Assembly: GCF_964355755.1 (NCBI RefSeq)
Contig: NC_092672.1
Span: 22,395,237-22,459,236 of the forward strand
DNA: 64,000 nt
Direction of reading: 5' to 3'
Source of the DNA: Antedon mediterranea
Taxonomy: Eukaryota; Animalia; Echinodermata
Every line of letters starts with the position of its first letter. The first letter of the stretch is position 1. Shown piece by piece: positions 13,231-26,300 of the stretch. Position numbers and translations under genes: made by a program. The notes under the pieces are model-generated. The model did not search any database, was not told where the DNA came from, and saw only the letters and a list, made by a program, of their open reading frames with translations.

Positions 13231-14858
13231 ATTTCCAAGTTGTGAAGTCTGTACATTTTGCACATTGTACACTGAATCATTAATACATTAAAAAATAATT
13301 ACCGTATTTATTTGAATAAATCTCCCTCTCCCTCATCCTAAAATAAAAATAAAAATAAACATTCCAAATAGAACATTGTTTGAAAACTACCCCCATCCTA
13401 TGCATACACACAATATTGTATTGTAACTCATTTTTATTTTTAGTAGAATTCATTATCTTCCATGATCTACATAATTACCAAATACTTGATCTATTTTTTA
13501 ATGTATTTTTTCACTATTTTATATTAATTGTGTTTTTTTTCTTCATATCTAGGGGTATTTATTTCATTATACAGCCTACCATAAAAAAAATGAATGCCTC
13601 TTTCAAATAAACGCCTCTCTCGCAAACACGCCCTTTTACAAACCATCTAAAACAGTAAATACCCTGGTGCTTTTAACAATTGTTTGATTTGCTAAAGCAT
13701 TGAATCATCTATTTCTTATGAAACCTGTTGCATGTTCCTTTTTGCCTTTTTAAAACTGTACAATAAAGCTAGGTGCATATTTTATAGGATACCCCATAAA
13801 TTGAATAGTGAGAAAAAATAAATAAAGACCATTTATTTCTTTTTAGAATAAATCAGCATCCTCAATATTTCTCACATTCAAAATCTACTTTGAATTATTA
13901 ATTATTTATTATTATTATTATTCCAAATTCTTCAATAGGCCTACTGTTTTGATATTTACAATCTTAAATTGAACGTTGCCAACTCTAAAGTTCTTGCAAT
14001 TAACAGAACTTTCCAATTTAACTTTTTATTCATAATACTGTACAACATTTTTTAAATCAAATGTTCTACAGTAAATGTGACGAAAAAATAGTTTCTATTT
14101 GTTAGCTAAAATTTAAAACCCAATGTGAGTTTGAAAGCAGAGGCTTGTTTTGTGTACTTAATATAAACTAATGTAGAAATATACATATATGGAGTATATA
14201 CTATGGAGTTAAATTTGTTCTAGAATAGTATTTCTTGAGTTTATTAAATCATCAAGTAATTTGATAAACATTGAACAATAACAATTTATTTAAAAGTTGT
14301 TAAAAAATAAATTATATGGTGATAGAGTGGAATAATTCTAGATTATTGGAGATAAAAGATATTTGATACTATTAAGCCATTTCCATACAGTAATAGCCTT
14401 ATTCAGTTTAATTAAAACTGTATATTTTAATTTTAATATGCAGTTTTTTTTAATTGTTTGTGTTCACGTTTATAATTTTTGAATGAATTTGTAGGTTTAC
14501 AATCTAATTTTGAAGTGTGTATCCATATCTGTTATGTATTTTTGTGTAATATTTTCAAACTTTTAGCTATCCGTCTACTTATGTATTGGTATACCCAAAA
14601 ATAAGTAGTTTAATCAAGTGTATGATACACTACACGAAACAGTAGCTGTTATATTGGTTCGATGGGGTTTGCTATGTTTTTTGGAAGTTTGTGGGGTTTA
14701 GAAATTATTTTAAACCAAAAAATGATTTTTACCCCAAAAGTAAGTAAATTAGCAATGATCATACAGTTATCATTTTCAACTACATTTTGATAAATTTGTC
14801 TTTTAATACAGTAACAATACATCTACCTTTGTATAACATCTGTACTTAACATTTTCAG

Positions 14859-14957
14859 TATGGAATGTCACCTTTGCATATTGCTAGTAGAAAGGGACAC
14901 AAGGATATCTGCCATTTTCTAATTGAAGCAGGATCCAATATCCATCTTGTTAGTCAA
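14859..14957 (+). CDS. Ankyrin-repeat exon: YGMSPLHIASRKGHKDICHFLIEAGSNIHLVSQ
   Basis: ATTTTCAG acceptor, 99 bp, GTAAGT donor, phase 0-0, SPLH..A..GH motif. Confidence 0.95.
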
Positions 14958-15768
14958 GTAAGTCATACAAACCTATTTATTTAGGTGCATATTGTGATTT
15001 TAAAGATATACCACTTTTGTTAAAGATGTTTAATTTTTTTAATAACAAACAATAATATATTTTAATATTATAGTTTCATTGAATTAATGTTTACATTTTT
15101 CATAGAATCTACAAACTCAAATTGAAGATCTTTAAAATAAATGATTCTGTCTGATGTCTTATTGTTGTACAGTATTATAGAAAGAATCAGTTCCTCTTAG
15201 ACCTTATCTGTTTTCATTATACTTATATTTTAACGATTTACATTACTGTATATGTCGCTATTTTTTTATTCTTAGACATTTTTTTTGGCGCATGATCATA
15301 ATTGTGGCACTTTTTCTATAAACAATTTCATAGAGTTACGATAAATAATATTAGTAAGGAGATTAATTGAATCAATTTTAAATAAAAACCTGTTTAATTT
15401 AAATTGATTCCCCTTTTATTTGTTATAATAATAATGACAAGAACATTTTTCACCAAATGAAAGATGGGTTTGTGTCGATAGAGTTCAGGAATAATCCCAA
15501 GGGTTCTGTAAAAAAAAAAAAAAAAAAAAAAAAAAAGAGAGAGAATAGTCCCACCATGTCAGATTTACATTTTGCTTTCACTAATACCGACGCACTAATG
15601 TATTTGTTTGAGCTGTGGCTCGCAAAGCATGTCTTTTCATTACAACATTCGTAGTTCAGGCAGACCTATTGAGCACAGCTCTGGGTCTATTAACTAAACA
15701 GATACAAACCTATGCATTTATTTCGATATACTTTTCTGGGCGGAACCCTCTCTGCGAGTCGGGTTTTT

Positions 15769-16910
15769 GGCGTGTGTGCCCATAATAATTATATCTCAAT
15801 TTGATTATGTATATTAATTCTACGATATGTTAGTTACGATTCTGTATAGACCTATAACTTTTATATTATATTATCGGTTATTTTACAAGTATATTAATGG
15901 TGCGTTTATCTATATAACAATGGGGAATGCTAATTGTTAATACTATATTTTCAACAGGGGCAGCCTTCACGTAATGTAAGGTATTAGATGTAATATCAAT
16001 ACCATAATCTACATAATGTAATGGTGGCTGCCCCCTTTGTTATTATTACAGTAGTTTTACATTATATATTTAGTTATTTCGTCATTTAATAATAAATGAC
16101 ATTTTCCATCCATTTCGGTGTTTTGTTTCCTTTGTTTTGTTCTGGACTCTGTTGACACAAAAGAACATTTTTCACCAAATGAAAGATGGGTTTGTGTCGA
16201 TAGAGTTCAGGAATGTTCCCAAGGGTTCTGTTATTGCTTTTAATTGAGAAGGTCGTGTACTTTTGACCCAAGGGCGTTCAGGGGGAATATTTTGTATAGT
16301 GTTTAATGGCTTTTACCTTCGAGAAGGTCATGTCTTTGACCCATTGGCGTTCAGGGGATATTTTGTATAAGTGTTTTAGTAATGTACATTCTTTTCCTTT
16401 TGCCTTCCTTCGGACCAACACGTCAATAAATTGTTGTTCCCTCCATCCACCGCTTCTTTCCACCGTTTTATGATAGAATTAATTAATTATTAATTTTTGT
16501 TATGTGTTCGTGGGCACGGCGTGTGTGCCCATAATAATTATATCTCAATTTGATTATGTATATTAATTCTACGATATGTTAGTTACGATTCTGTATAGAC
16601 CTATAACTTTTATATTATATTATCGGTTATTTTACAAGTATATTAATGGTGCGTTTATCTATATAACAATGGGGAATGCTAATTGTTAATACTATATTTT
16701 CAACAGGGGCAGCCTTCACGTAATGTAAGGTATTAGATGTAATATCAATACCATAATCTACATAATGTAATGGTGGCTGCCCCCTTTGTTATTATTACAG
16801 TAGTTTTACATTATATATTTAGTTATTTCGTCATTTAATAATAAATGACATTTTCCATCCATTTCGGTGTTTTGTTTCCTTTGTTTTGTCCTGGACTCTG
16901 TTGACACAAA
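15769..16910. repeat. Near-identical ~390-bp direct repeat (15769-16161 and 16518-16910)
   Basis: The two copies are 749 bp apart with one mismatch seen. A second ~70-bp block is duplicated at ~15440 and ~16162. Confidence 0.9.
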
Positions 16911-16929
16911 TGTCTATTTGTATTGATAA

Positions 16930-17200
16930 TGATTGCAAACTATTATTATGCCGATGACAGTGCCTTATGGTGGCTCATCATGATCCATTATACATTTCAA
17001 ATACAAAGTAATTTTAATGATTAGGCTATCCTTAGTCATGATTTCATTGAGTACTTGGTTTACAAATTGATAACTATATTTCAAGTGAAGACTATGTTAT
17101 TGTTACATGCAAAAAAGCTAATGTATGCCACATCAGTCTGGTATTCTGGTTTAACTTCACTCCTCAAAATAAACTGTAACCCTAAATAAAAAGTTTTAAT
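16930..17200 (+). mobile_element. Highly decayed LINE RT fragment
   Basis: Frameshifted LL-YADDSAL motif (TATGCCGATGACAGTGCCTTA ~16948). Confidence 0.45.
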
Positions 17201-20200
17201 GTGTGTTTGTCAATTCTCTATGTTTTTCTTCTCTGAGACAAATATGGTACTATATTTTTCACATTAACGCTGAACTTTTGTCTGTCCCACTTAATAAAGT
17301 TGAATTGTCAAGTTTGTTGAATTTAGCCTGGTTAGTGTCTGTCCGTTCATTCGTTAATTTAATATTTTAACAACTGTAGGACATAGTGTACAGAGGTTTT
17401 TACTTTTTATAGGGTCTATGAACCTAGTTTGACTGTCTGTCCGTCCTTCTGTTCTCCCTTTTGACTTTGGCCTATTAGAACAAAGCAAAAACCAAATTCT
17501 CTTATCTAATTATAATTTGAATAGAATATAAAAAAAGAAATATAATGAAACACCTAACTTTTTCTTCAAATATGTTTGATACAGAGATGCTGTACTGACA
17601 GCTGTAAGTTGCTAACTTTTTTTTGTGCAATTGTTTTGTATTAAAATTGATTAGGGAAAAAAGAAATCACAAACCATTTTAATCTTTTGTAGTTTATTGT
17701 AAAGAACATATTGTTTTTATTTCATTTTCATAAATAGTAGTATACACTTACATATAAATAAAATTCAGTACCGTAATACTTAAAAACATATGCCTACAAT
17801 GTTCAAGCAGTTAATGTAAGGGGAATAATTGGACAGTATTAAACAGTTAACATTTAAAAAAAAATTAAATTTATTGTATTTTGGATCTCAAACAACAAGT
17901 GTTGTTCAGTGACTTTATAGAGATCATTACTGCTAGCTGCCAAGAAATGTTTTTCTTGGTTCTGTGAGATTTTGTTTAGTACATGCTGTTGTATCTCTAC
18001 ACATTTCCGAACTCCTTGCCTTGCTTTAGTAATCCTTCTAGCTTCATTTTCATTTTGTTTGTCATTTCTGTCATGGTCTGTATATTGATAGGAAAAAATA
18101 TATCATTTAGTCACATGATTTATACATTTATACCTTTATTGTACATGAATGTTATTAAAGTGAAATGAGGTTGGTTATATTTTTTTAACATGTACAAAAT
18201 TGAACTATGGTGAAATGCATGCAGTACTTGAATGTTATTATAAAAAATGTTACACCTTTGTACCAGTAACTTCCGTAATGAATGAAGGAATGTTGAATAC
18301 TTTCATTTGGGTGGGGGTGGGGCTACTGATATTTTTTACCTACCTGTAATAGGTTACTTAATATTATTTTATTTTTATTTCTTAATTTTAATTTATATAT
18401 CAACTGACAGATATGAAAACCTCTACTAAAAAGTTGATAAACATGAAACAGTAACATCTTTATCTCATTGTAACATTAAACAACGGAAGCAGGTTAATAA
18501 TACTGCAGTGTAATTCTTTAATATAATAAATAGTATGAATATTATTATTATAAAGTGTTGTACATTAAACAAGCATTACGGATTGTTTGTATCAGAAATA
18601 TGCACAAAATTAAAATTTCACAAAGTGCCAGTGTAACTTGTTAACAACAGTTTCTACTAGGCCTACATTACAATTCCTTAATCTAATAAACAGTGAACAT
18701 GAATCTTATAATGAATTGATGCACATTACACAGGAGGTGGAGGATGGGTAGGTTAATTGAAATAAGCACAATGGTGGTACTTACCTGACTGAATGTTGAA
18801 TACTGATTGTTGAATGTGTCTCTCCTGGCGGAGGGAAACAACAATTTACAAAAGAATGCCATAACATGTGGAGTAGCGTGATTGTTGTTCACCTAGTTGT
18901 GTGTGTGTGTTATTATAAAATTTATTTTATCAAAATATTAAAACCACTTTAAAAATGAAATAAAAAATGTTTACATGGAACTACAGTGATATTTATTAGG
19001 GTGTCATCCTTTCACCCACTAACAAGTTTTACAATAACAAACCTTTTTTCTCATACTCTCTCTCTCTCTCTGTAAATGTGACTTATCTCCAACTTTCCAT
19101 ACGGAAAATCTTACGATTACAAAATTGATGGCCGGATGGGCACCGACTGATATTTTTAAAAATGAAAATTTCCATTACATTTCCATCTGATACAGTAATT
19201 AAGACACAGTCTTATCTATACTTCAATGTTTAACCTTTAGACTCTAAAGGTTAAAACATTGAAGTATAGATAAGTAAACAAAGATTTTGGTTAAGTTTAA
19301 TTTAGTAGTCAAACCATTATTTATCCAACGAGAGTTGGCGGACAAACAAACATAATTCGAATCCTAGATTTCCAAATTCAAAACATAACAACTATTCTAG
19401 TGGTTAAACTGTTGTTAGTGGTTAATGTATTACATTATTGTTAATGCTATATTATTAGTGGTTAATTTTTGTTATAAATGTTTCATTTTAACAGAACAAA
19501 TACCCAGAGATACATTATAGCATTTATGTTATAAGAATTCAGTTAATAGTCCTATTTTGATATTTGTGTCTTTTTTGTTTTCATTAATTCTAAAAGAAAG
19601 TAATATGATTTAAAATACAAATTGCAGAGTTGTAAAATAAATGTTTCAAACATGCAGTTGCAAATAAAAAAAAGGCAAATTACTAAAAATAATGACAATG
19701 CTGTGGGTAGCTGGATCTCAATGGAAATAAAATAAGCAAAAAGCTAAATCAAAGCGATAAAGTAAAAGTTAAAACAGCCAGACATTTTAATATAGATATC
19801 TTCTGTATTGTTTGTGTGTAAATGGACATTATTTATGTTTTGTTAATATTTTTTAATTATATGTCAGTCACATATATTCCATCCTCATGTTTGGTGTAGG
19901 ACATTAAAACTGCATTCATTGTCAGGTTTTCTGAGCTTTCAAAGCCTGTTCTTTAATATCAGTTCAAACTGGAGAACAACAACCTGGTTGAATATTCTAG
20001 CACTCTAATATTGTTCAATGTTTTTAATGTCTTGATTTGTGGTGAAAGGAATGTTTGATAGTTGGTCTTAACAGTGGCAGATCCAGAAAGAGAAAGTAAA
20101 GTACTTTCAATTCATTAATTAAAACACATTGTTTCAGCGCCGTGCTAATTTAGTCTTTATTAGAGGTTGCCATTGCTGTTGCTGTCGTCACACAAAATTA

Positions 20201-20439
20201 TTGTTATGGGTGTTTTGCTAAGTGGTATGACACATGTTCTTTTGCTGCCTAGCTAGATAATTCTGAAGAATATTATCAGCATAGACAAAGAGCGCACAGG
20301 AGAAATATTTGAATACTCATTTACCCAAGCGATTCCTATACTGTAATTTGAAAACAGTCCTGATGGTCTCTCCAAAACATTGGAGAGTTTGTGTGTTTGA
20401 AAACTACTAAAAAGATGTTCAATTGCATTTTTTGATTAC

Positions 20440-20630
20440 TAAACCCTGCCACCAGTGCATCAGTAAAGCGAGAAAATTTAGCTCTGGAGACTGTAAAAAA
20501 TTATCTTTGAGGTAACATAATGGAAGATCGACTAAATGCATTGTTATTGATGTTTGTTCATCAGGACATTAAACTTAATTACGATGTCATTATTCTTAAG
20601 TATGTGAATATGTATCCCCGCTTGATGAAG
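20440..20630 (+). pseudogene. hAT transposase C-terminal dimerisation-domain remnant
   Basis: PATSASVKRENLALETVKNYL*GNIMEDRLNALLLMFVHQDI..YPR matches the hAT Dimer_Tnp pattern, with an internal stop. Confidence 0.7.
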
Positions 20631-23600
20631 TATGTAGGCCTATTTTTATTTATTAAATTAACAGCATTGTTATTACATGTTATTGTTAAGATAATAAAAT
20701 TAAAATTAATAAGCAGTATAGAGATTCAGCCACTGATTACCACAGCATTGTCATTTTTTTGTAATTTTCCTTTTGACCTTTTTTATAATAAGATATAGGC
20801 CTATAAGCCTAAAGCCCTACAACACGCTCTTTCACTATGTATTATTTAACATAACTATGGCAACATGATAAATTTGAAGTCACATCATTTTTTAAGGTAG
20901 TTAATTACCATACCGGAAGTACCTTTATCAGGGAATTCCCCCAGATGGTCACATTGAACGTGTGTTTACCAGCGGAAAAAGTAGAGTACGATCTTTTTAC
21001 CAATTGTTAACACGCTATGGGAGTGTCATTTCCGGCCAACTATAGGTGCCATTTATCATAAATTTTACGTGCGGGAATATAATTTCCAACCGTCTAGGGG
21101 TGACATTTAACAAAATTTGCTTCACCACAGGTCCCACCTGTGCCTCATGTACTTGGTGATTGGTTGCGTCCCCTCCCCCCTTTACTACAAGGCTCATGGA
21201 TCCGCCCTTGTTTATGATGAGCAACAATGCCTGTTTTCTGTGTGGTGTAATTAAAAAGAAGTAAATATGATTGCAACTTCATTCTCCTTGTACCTCCTTG
21301 TACACACCTTGAAATTAAATTGCATAAATGAATAATTAAATATCAAAATGAATAATATTAAACATAATGTTAGTCCATCATGTACTTCATATTTCATATC
21401 ATAAAACGCTACCAGGCACTGATAATAGAATTAGAAGCCAGGCATATACAGTAGGCACATTGGTGGGCTGGTTTGTCCTGTCACATCTGGACCGAATCGT
21501 CCTGAATTCAACTAGTTACAGTAGCCTAGGCCTAGTAAGTAACGTAATGCTAAACCTAACCTAGTGTTAATTACATGCATTTGGTGTTTCAAGCTTATTT
21601 TTGGATGAACCAACCATACGTACCATCCTTTCGATATCTAAAGTTTGAAATGTGCGCCGAGCACATGTTATCTCTCAATATTTGCTAGCTATGACCTCTA
21701 AGTGATCTGATTGAGACGCAAGATTTATCGAATGCAGCATTTGGCAACTTGCAAATAAATTAGTCTGAAAACACATTTTTCGTAAAAATGTGCCGTTCTA
21801 ACATCGCTTAATAAATAAAAGGAACTAAAAGGTGTTCCAGCTCAAACGGCGCTAGCGGTTTTATTATATTAGGAAAAGATAGAGTAAATAGGCTTAATTG
21901 GTTATTGATAGGCCACATAAAACCTCATTTTTAAAAAACTTTTTTTTGTAAAGTTGCCCAAGAAACACCACTGAGAAGGTCATTTTTTTACTTTTATAAA
22001 TTGCTAAATTGTGTGTGCGGCCAAATATTATTTGAAAGGTATTAAAACTCATTTCTAGACTGGTATTTTGTTTGGATATCATGCATGAAACTACCCCTAC
22101 AGCATCGCAAAGAAGAATATTAATAGTTCTGAAGATTTTTTGTGTAATTATGATTTTATATCATTAAGTATGTCACGGCAACATTGCCAGTGAGTTTGGT
22201 GTGTTGTGGAGGGTGGACTCAAGACAAGAATAATATACATATAAAACACTATAATATTATATGTCCAGATTATCTACAGGTGAATTATCTTCATGAGTCC
22301 ATTTCCAATTTTACGTCGAAATACAGTACTCTTTGTTCCTCTCACTCCCATATTTCCACTCCATCTTATCCATAATTTCTTCGGTGATTTCTCTGATGTT
22401 TTCTAAGCTTAATCTTCTTAATTTGGCACTTCTCTATTCTCAAGTGGCACTGTAACACAGACAAATATTACCGTAGTATACCGTTCATTTACGGTACCCT
22501 ATAACATTCATTACTTTCAATAAATTATCTATAATTATATTATAATCATGAATCATTTGTTATTCAATGCAAAGCGTGCAAAATAGATAAAAAACTATGA
22601 CTGATGATTTTAAGCTATACTCGTTTTGTAGTTACGAATATGACTGGTGATATTCGTCACCACAAATACGCTTTACGAATATCAGCTCAAAATTTTAACA
22701 AATGTATGACCTATCCGTTTTTGTTATCGTATTCGTAAGGTTGTGAAACCTCCATATTATTGGTGCCATCATATATCAACATCGTTATAGGCTATGTAGA
22801 ATCTGTAGCAAAACTAGCATCGATATGACTTGAGCTTGCGCAATACTATAAAATGAAAATAGAGAATATTTAATATTCTTAATGAATCACAGGATCAAGT
22901 GTAATAGTAGAGAGGCCAAATACACAAAAGTCCTCTATAAAAAGTTTGGGGGCATTTTTTGTTAATAGCAGGCAACCATGTTGAATGTATCCTTTGTGGG
23001 GTGACAAAAACGATAGGGGTGGATGCCATCTTCATTTTTGGGTTTTAAGGTCAGTTTATGTGGTCAAGAGGTCAAACAAGGTCAAAATATAGGATTTTTT
23101 TTTATTCACGGAAAATCATCTACATCATCAGATCTATCCAAAAAGGTATATCTGAAGATCAACTGATGCTTCATATTATAGTAATTATGAGATAAACATT
23201 TCATTTTACACATAAAAACATAGGAAATTAAATATAAAAGTGTCATTTTCTCAAAATGTTATTTTCACATATTTCTGTAAAGTACACACATTTTTTTAAT
23301 AGGCTTTTCCCAGTCTGTTGTAAATTTGTCTTTTTTTATGTTGTCCACCAGTCATCGTTTTGATTTTTGTCTGAAAAAATAGGTCAAGTGTTATATGTAT
23401 GAAACGCCATATGTGCCAAAAGATTGGTCTTTTACTATAATATTAATACCTATAATAATGTAATACAGTAATATTTAGAAATTTATTTTTAGAAAGATTA
23501 ATAATATTACCTATAATAATGTAATAATATTTAGAAATTTGTTTTTAGAAAAAATTTGAAAACAGACCCTCTATATGACCTAATGTCAAGATGTTTTTGT

Positions 23601-24199
23601 TTGGATCAGAGACCCCCTTTAATGTAATTATTTAAACATTTTTTTCATTATTTCAATGATACAAGTTTTTATTGAAATTTGTTGTTTCAAGAAATCTCGA
23701 AAGAGAAACCTGGGTATCGAGTCTTTGTTTTCAAAAACCCTAACTATTGGACTTTATCAAGGTTGGAAGGAGTGGTAATTGGGGACTTCTTCTTGAGGCC
23801 TTCGCATCTATGCTATCATGGCTGACGGTGATAACAAATATAAAACTCCTTATTAAGTAATTAAGAAGTCCTTTATACACATGGATAAAGACGGTTTTAA
23901 CTTTATTTATAAACATTACGTTACGTACTGTGTCCAGGTATGAAATCCATTTCTCCCAAAAAGTAAACGCACTTGAAAAGGACAACGTCATGCGACAAAT
24001 CAAATTCCAGCTATCCATTCTTATATTCATATGAAGATCGTTTAAAGTTGGCTTGGCCTAACAACCCTGTATGACAGACGAATTCATGGTGACTTGATTG
24101 AAAATTTTCAAAAGATTTTGAGGGTGTAGCCAAGGAAGACTTCCTTCAAATAAGATGCAATCTAAGCAGAAATACACAAGGACATCAGCTTAGACTTTT

Positions 24200-24644
24200 T
24201 AAATGAAAATTTCACAAAGGAATGATAGCCAAAAGAGTGGTTAAGTATAATTAAACATAATATGCCAAATATAAACCAATATATGAATGTGAAACTGGAA
24301 TACAATATCAACAATATAATTAAGATGACAACAAAAGATGTTTATTCTAACTTTGTTAATAATGTTTTTATTCCCCCGAAAAGCATACTTAAATGGAATA
24401 ACATATTTAATGAAGATATCAAGTGGTGTGATGTCTGGAAAAGTGAAAAACGAAAAAATTAAGAAATTTGCCCAATTGAATTACAAATTACTAAATAGAG
24501 TTGTACCTACAAATCTAAAACTGTATAACTGGAAACTGAAAAATAATAACATATGTAACAATTGTGGAGTCATTGAAGACGAAAAACATATGTTTTATTA
24601 TTGTAGACGTAATCAAATACTGTGGGAAAATTGACAATATATTT
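24200..24644 (+). mobile_element. L1/Tx1-type LINE 3' fragment (zf-RVT CCHC region) nested in Academ
   Basis: LNYKLLNRVVPTNLKLYNW..CNNCGVIEDEKHMFYYC..LW motif. Confidence 0.75.
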
Positions 24645-25450
24645 AACAAGGCCAACAGCCATTAAGTCGCGTGCTACAATGCATAGTGATACCGGACCGA
24701 CAGACAAACAGACCGACAGACAGACAGACCGACAGACAGACGGAACGACCGACATAGTGAACTATACTGACCGAAATTACTGAACATGTTTAAAAATGTT
24801 GAAATGTTTAAAAACATTTATATTTTTTTAATTTACACGTGCGTAGCCTGTCACTTTTGACGTGCTCGTATAACGTAATTTCGAGTTGAAAAGTAAGTCA
24901 AGAAAACAGAAATCGGGCAAAAAGAGTGCGCAATAACATTTAACGCGCAGTGCGCGCGCAAAAATCTGCGCACTCATGGCAATTTTGTAAACGCTTAAAA
25001 TTGCCTGAAACGTACTCTTATTTCATCGAAAATAAATTTTTAAAATTTTAAGCGCGCGTACGCATGCGTTACATGCGCTACGCACGTAATTGTATTGCCA
25101 TATGATGATTTATGCCCTGAAATTTATGAGTACCAAATTTTATTTAATTGTGATTCATGGTTGTTAAGATAATGATAACAAACGTGATTTCGTTAAATCG
25201 TGCGTAGACCGCGTAATTTTTTATTGCGCACAGTGAAAACATAACCACATCGATTCCTGGCCATAAGGAATATTCTGTGAAAAATTTACTTAGCTAGAGT
25301 AAACTGATATCAAGATAAGGTCATAAAGCGATAAAACGCATAGTGATACCGGACCGACAGACAGACAGACAGACAGACCGACAGACAGACCGACAGACAG
25401 ACCGACCGACCGACATAGTGAACTATAGAGTCGCTTCCACGCGACTAAAA
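24645..25450 (+). mobile_element. Helentron-associated (HINE/DINE-1-like) element, copy 1
   Basis: AACAAG start, AGTCGCGTG subterminal repeat, (GACA/GACC)n microsatellites, 3' hairpin AGTCGC..GCGACT plus A-run, no TSD. Confidence 0.7.
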
Positions 25451-25510
25451 ATCAATTGTATTCAATAGCTGTGTACGTCATATACATAATTAAAATTAAA
25501 ACTTAACTTA

Positions 25511-26300
25511 AACAAGGCCAACAGCCATTAAGTCGCGTGCTACAATGCATAGTGATACCGGACCGACAGACAAACAGACCGACAGACAGACAGACCGACA
25601 GACAGACGGACCGACCGACATAGTGAACTATACTGACCGACATTACTGAACATGTTTAAAAATGTTGAAATGTTTAAAAACATATATATTTTTTTAATTT
25701 ACACGTGCGTAGCCTGTCACTTTTGACGTGCTCGTATAACGTAATTTCGAGTTGAAAAGTAAGTCAAGAAAACAGAAATCGGGCAAAAAGAGTGCGTAAT
25801 AACATTTAACGTGCAGTGCGCGCGCAAAAATCTGCGCACTCATGGCAATTTTGTAAACGCTTAAAATTGCCTGAAACGTACTCTTATTTCATCGAAAATA
25901 AATTTTGAAAATTTTAAGCGCGCGTACGCATGCGTTACATGCGCTACGCACGTAATTGTATTTCCATATGATGATTTATGCCCTGAAATTTATGAGTACC
26001 AAATTTTATTTAATTGTGATTCATGGTTGTTAAGATATGATTACAAACGTGATTTCGTTAAATCGTGCGTAGACCGCGTAATTTTTTATTGCGCACCGTG
26101 AAATCATAACCACATCGATTCCTGGCCATAAGGAATATTCTGTGAAAAATTGACTTAGCTAGATTAAACTGATATCAAGATAAGGTCATAAAGCGATAAA
26201 ACGCATAGTGATACCGGACCGACAGACAGACAGACAGACCGACAGACAGACCAACCGACCGACATAGTGAACTATAGAGTCGCTTCCACGCGACTAAAAA
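25511..26300 (+). mobile_element. Helentron-associated (HINE/DINE-1-like) element, copy 2
   Basis: Nearly identical to 24645-25450, separated by 60 bp of unique sequence. Confidence 0.7.

Noticed and set aside
12741-13283. Repetitive ORFs and possible CRISPR array
   Set aside because: These are translations of a 42-bp minisatellite in several frames, with no spacers.
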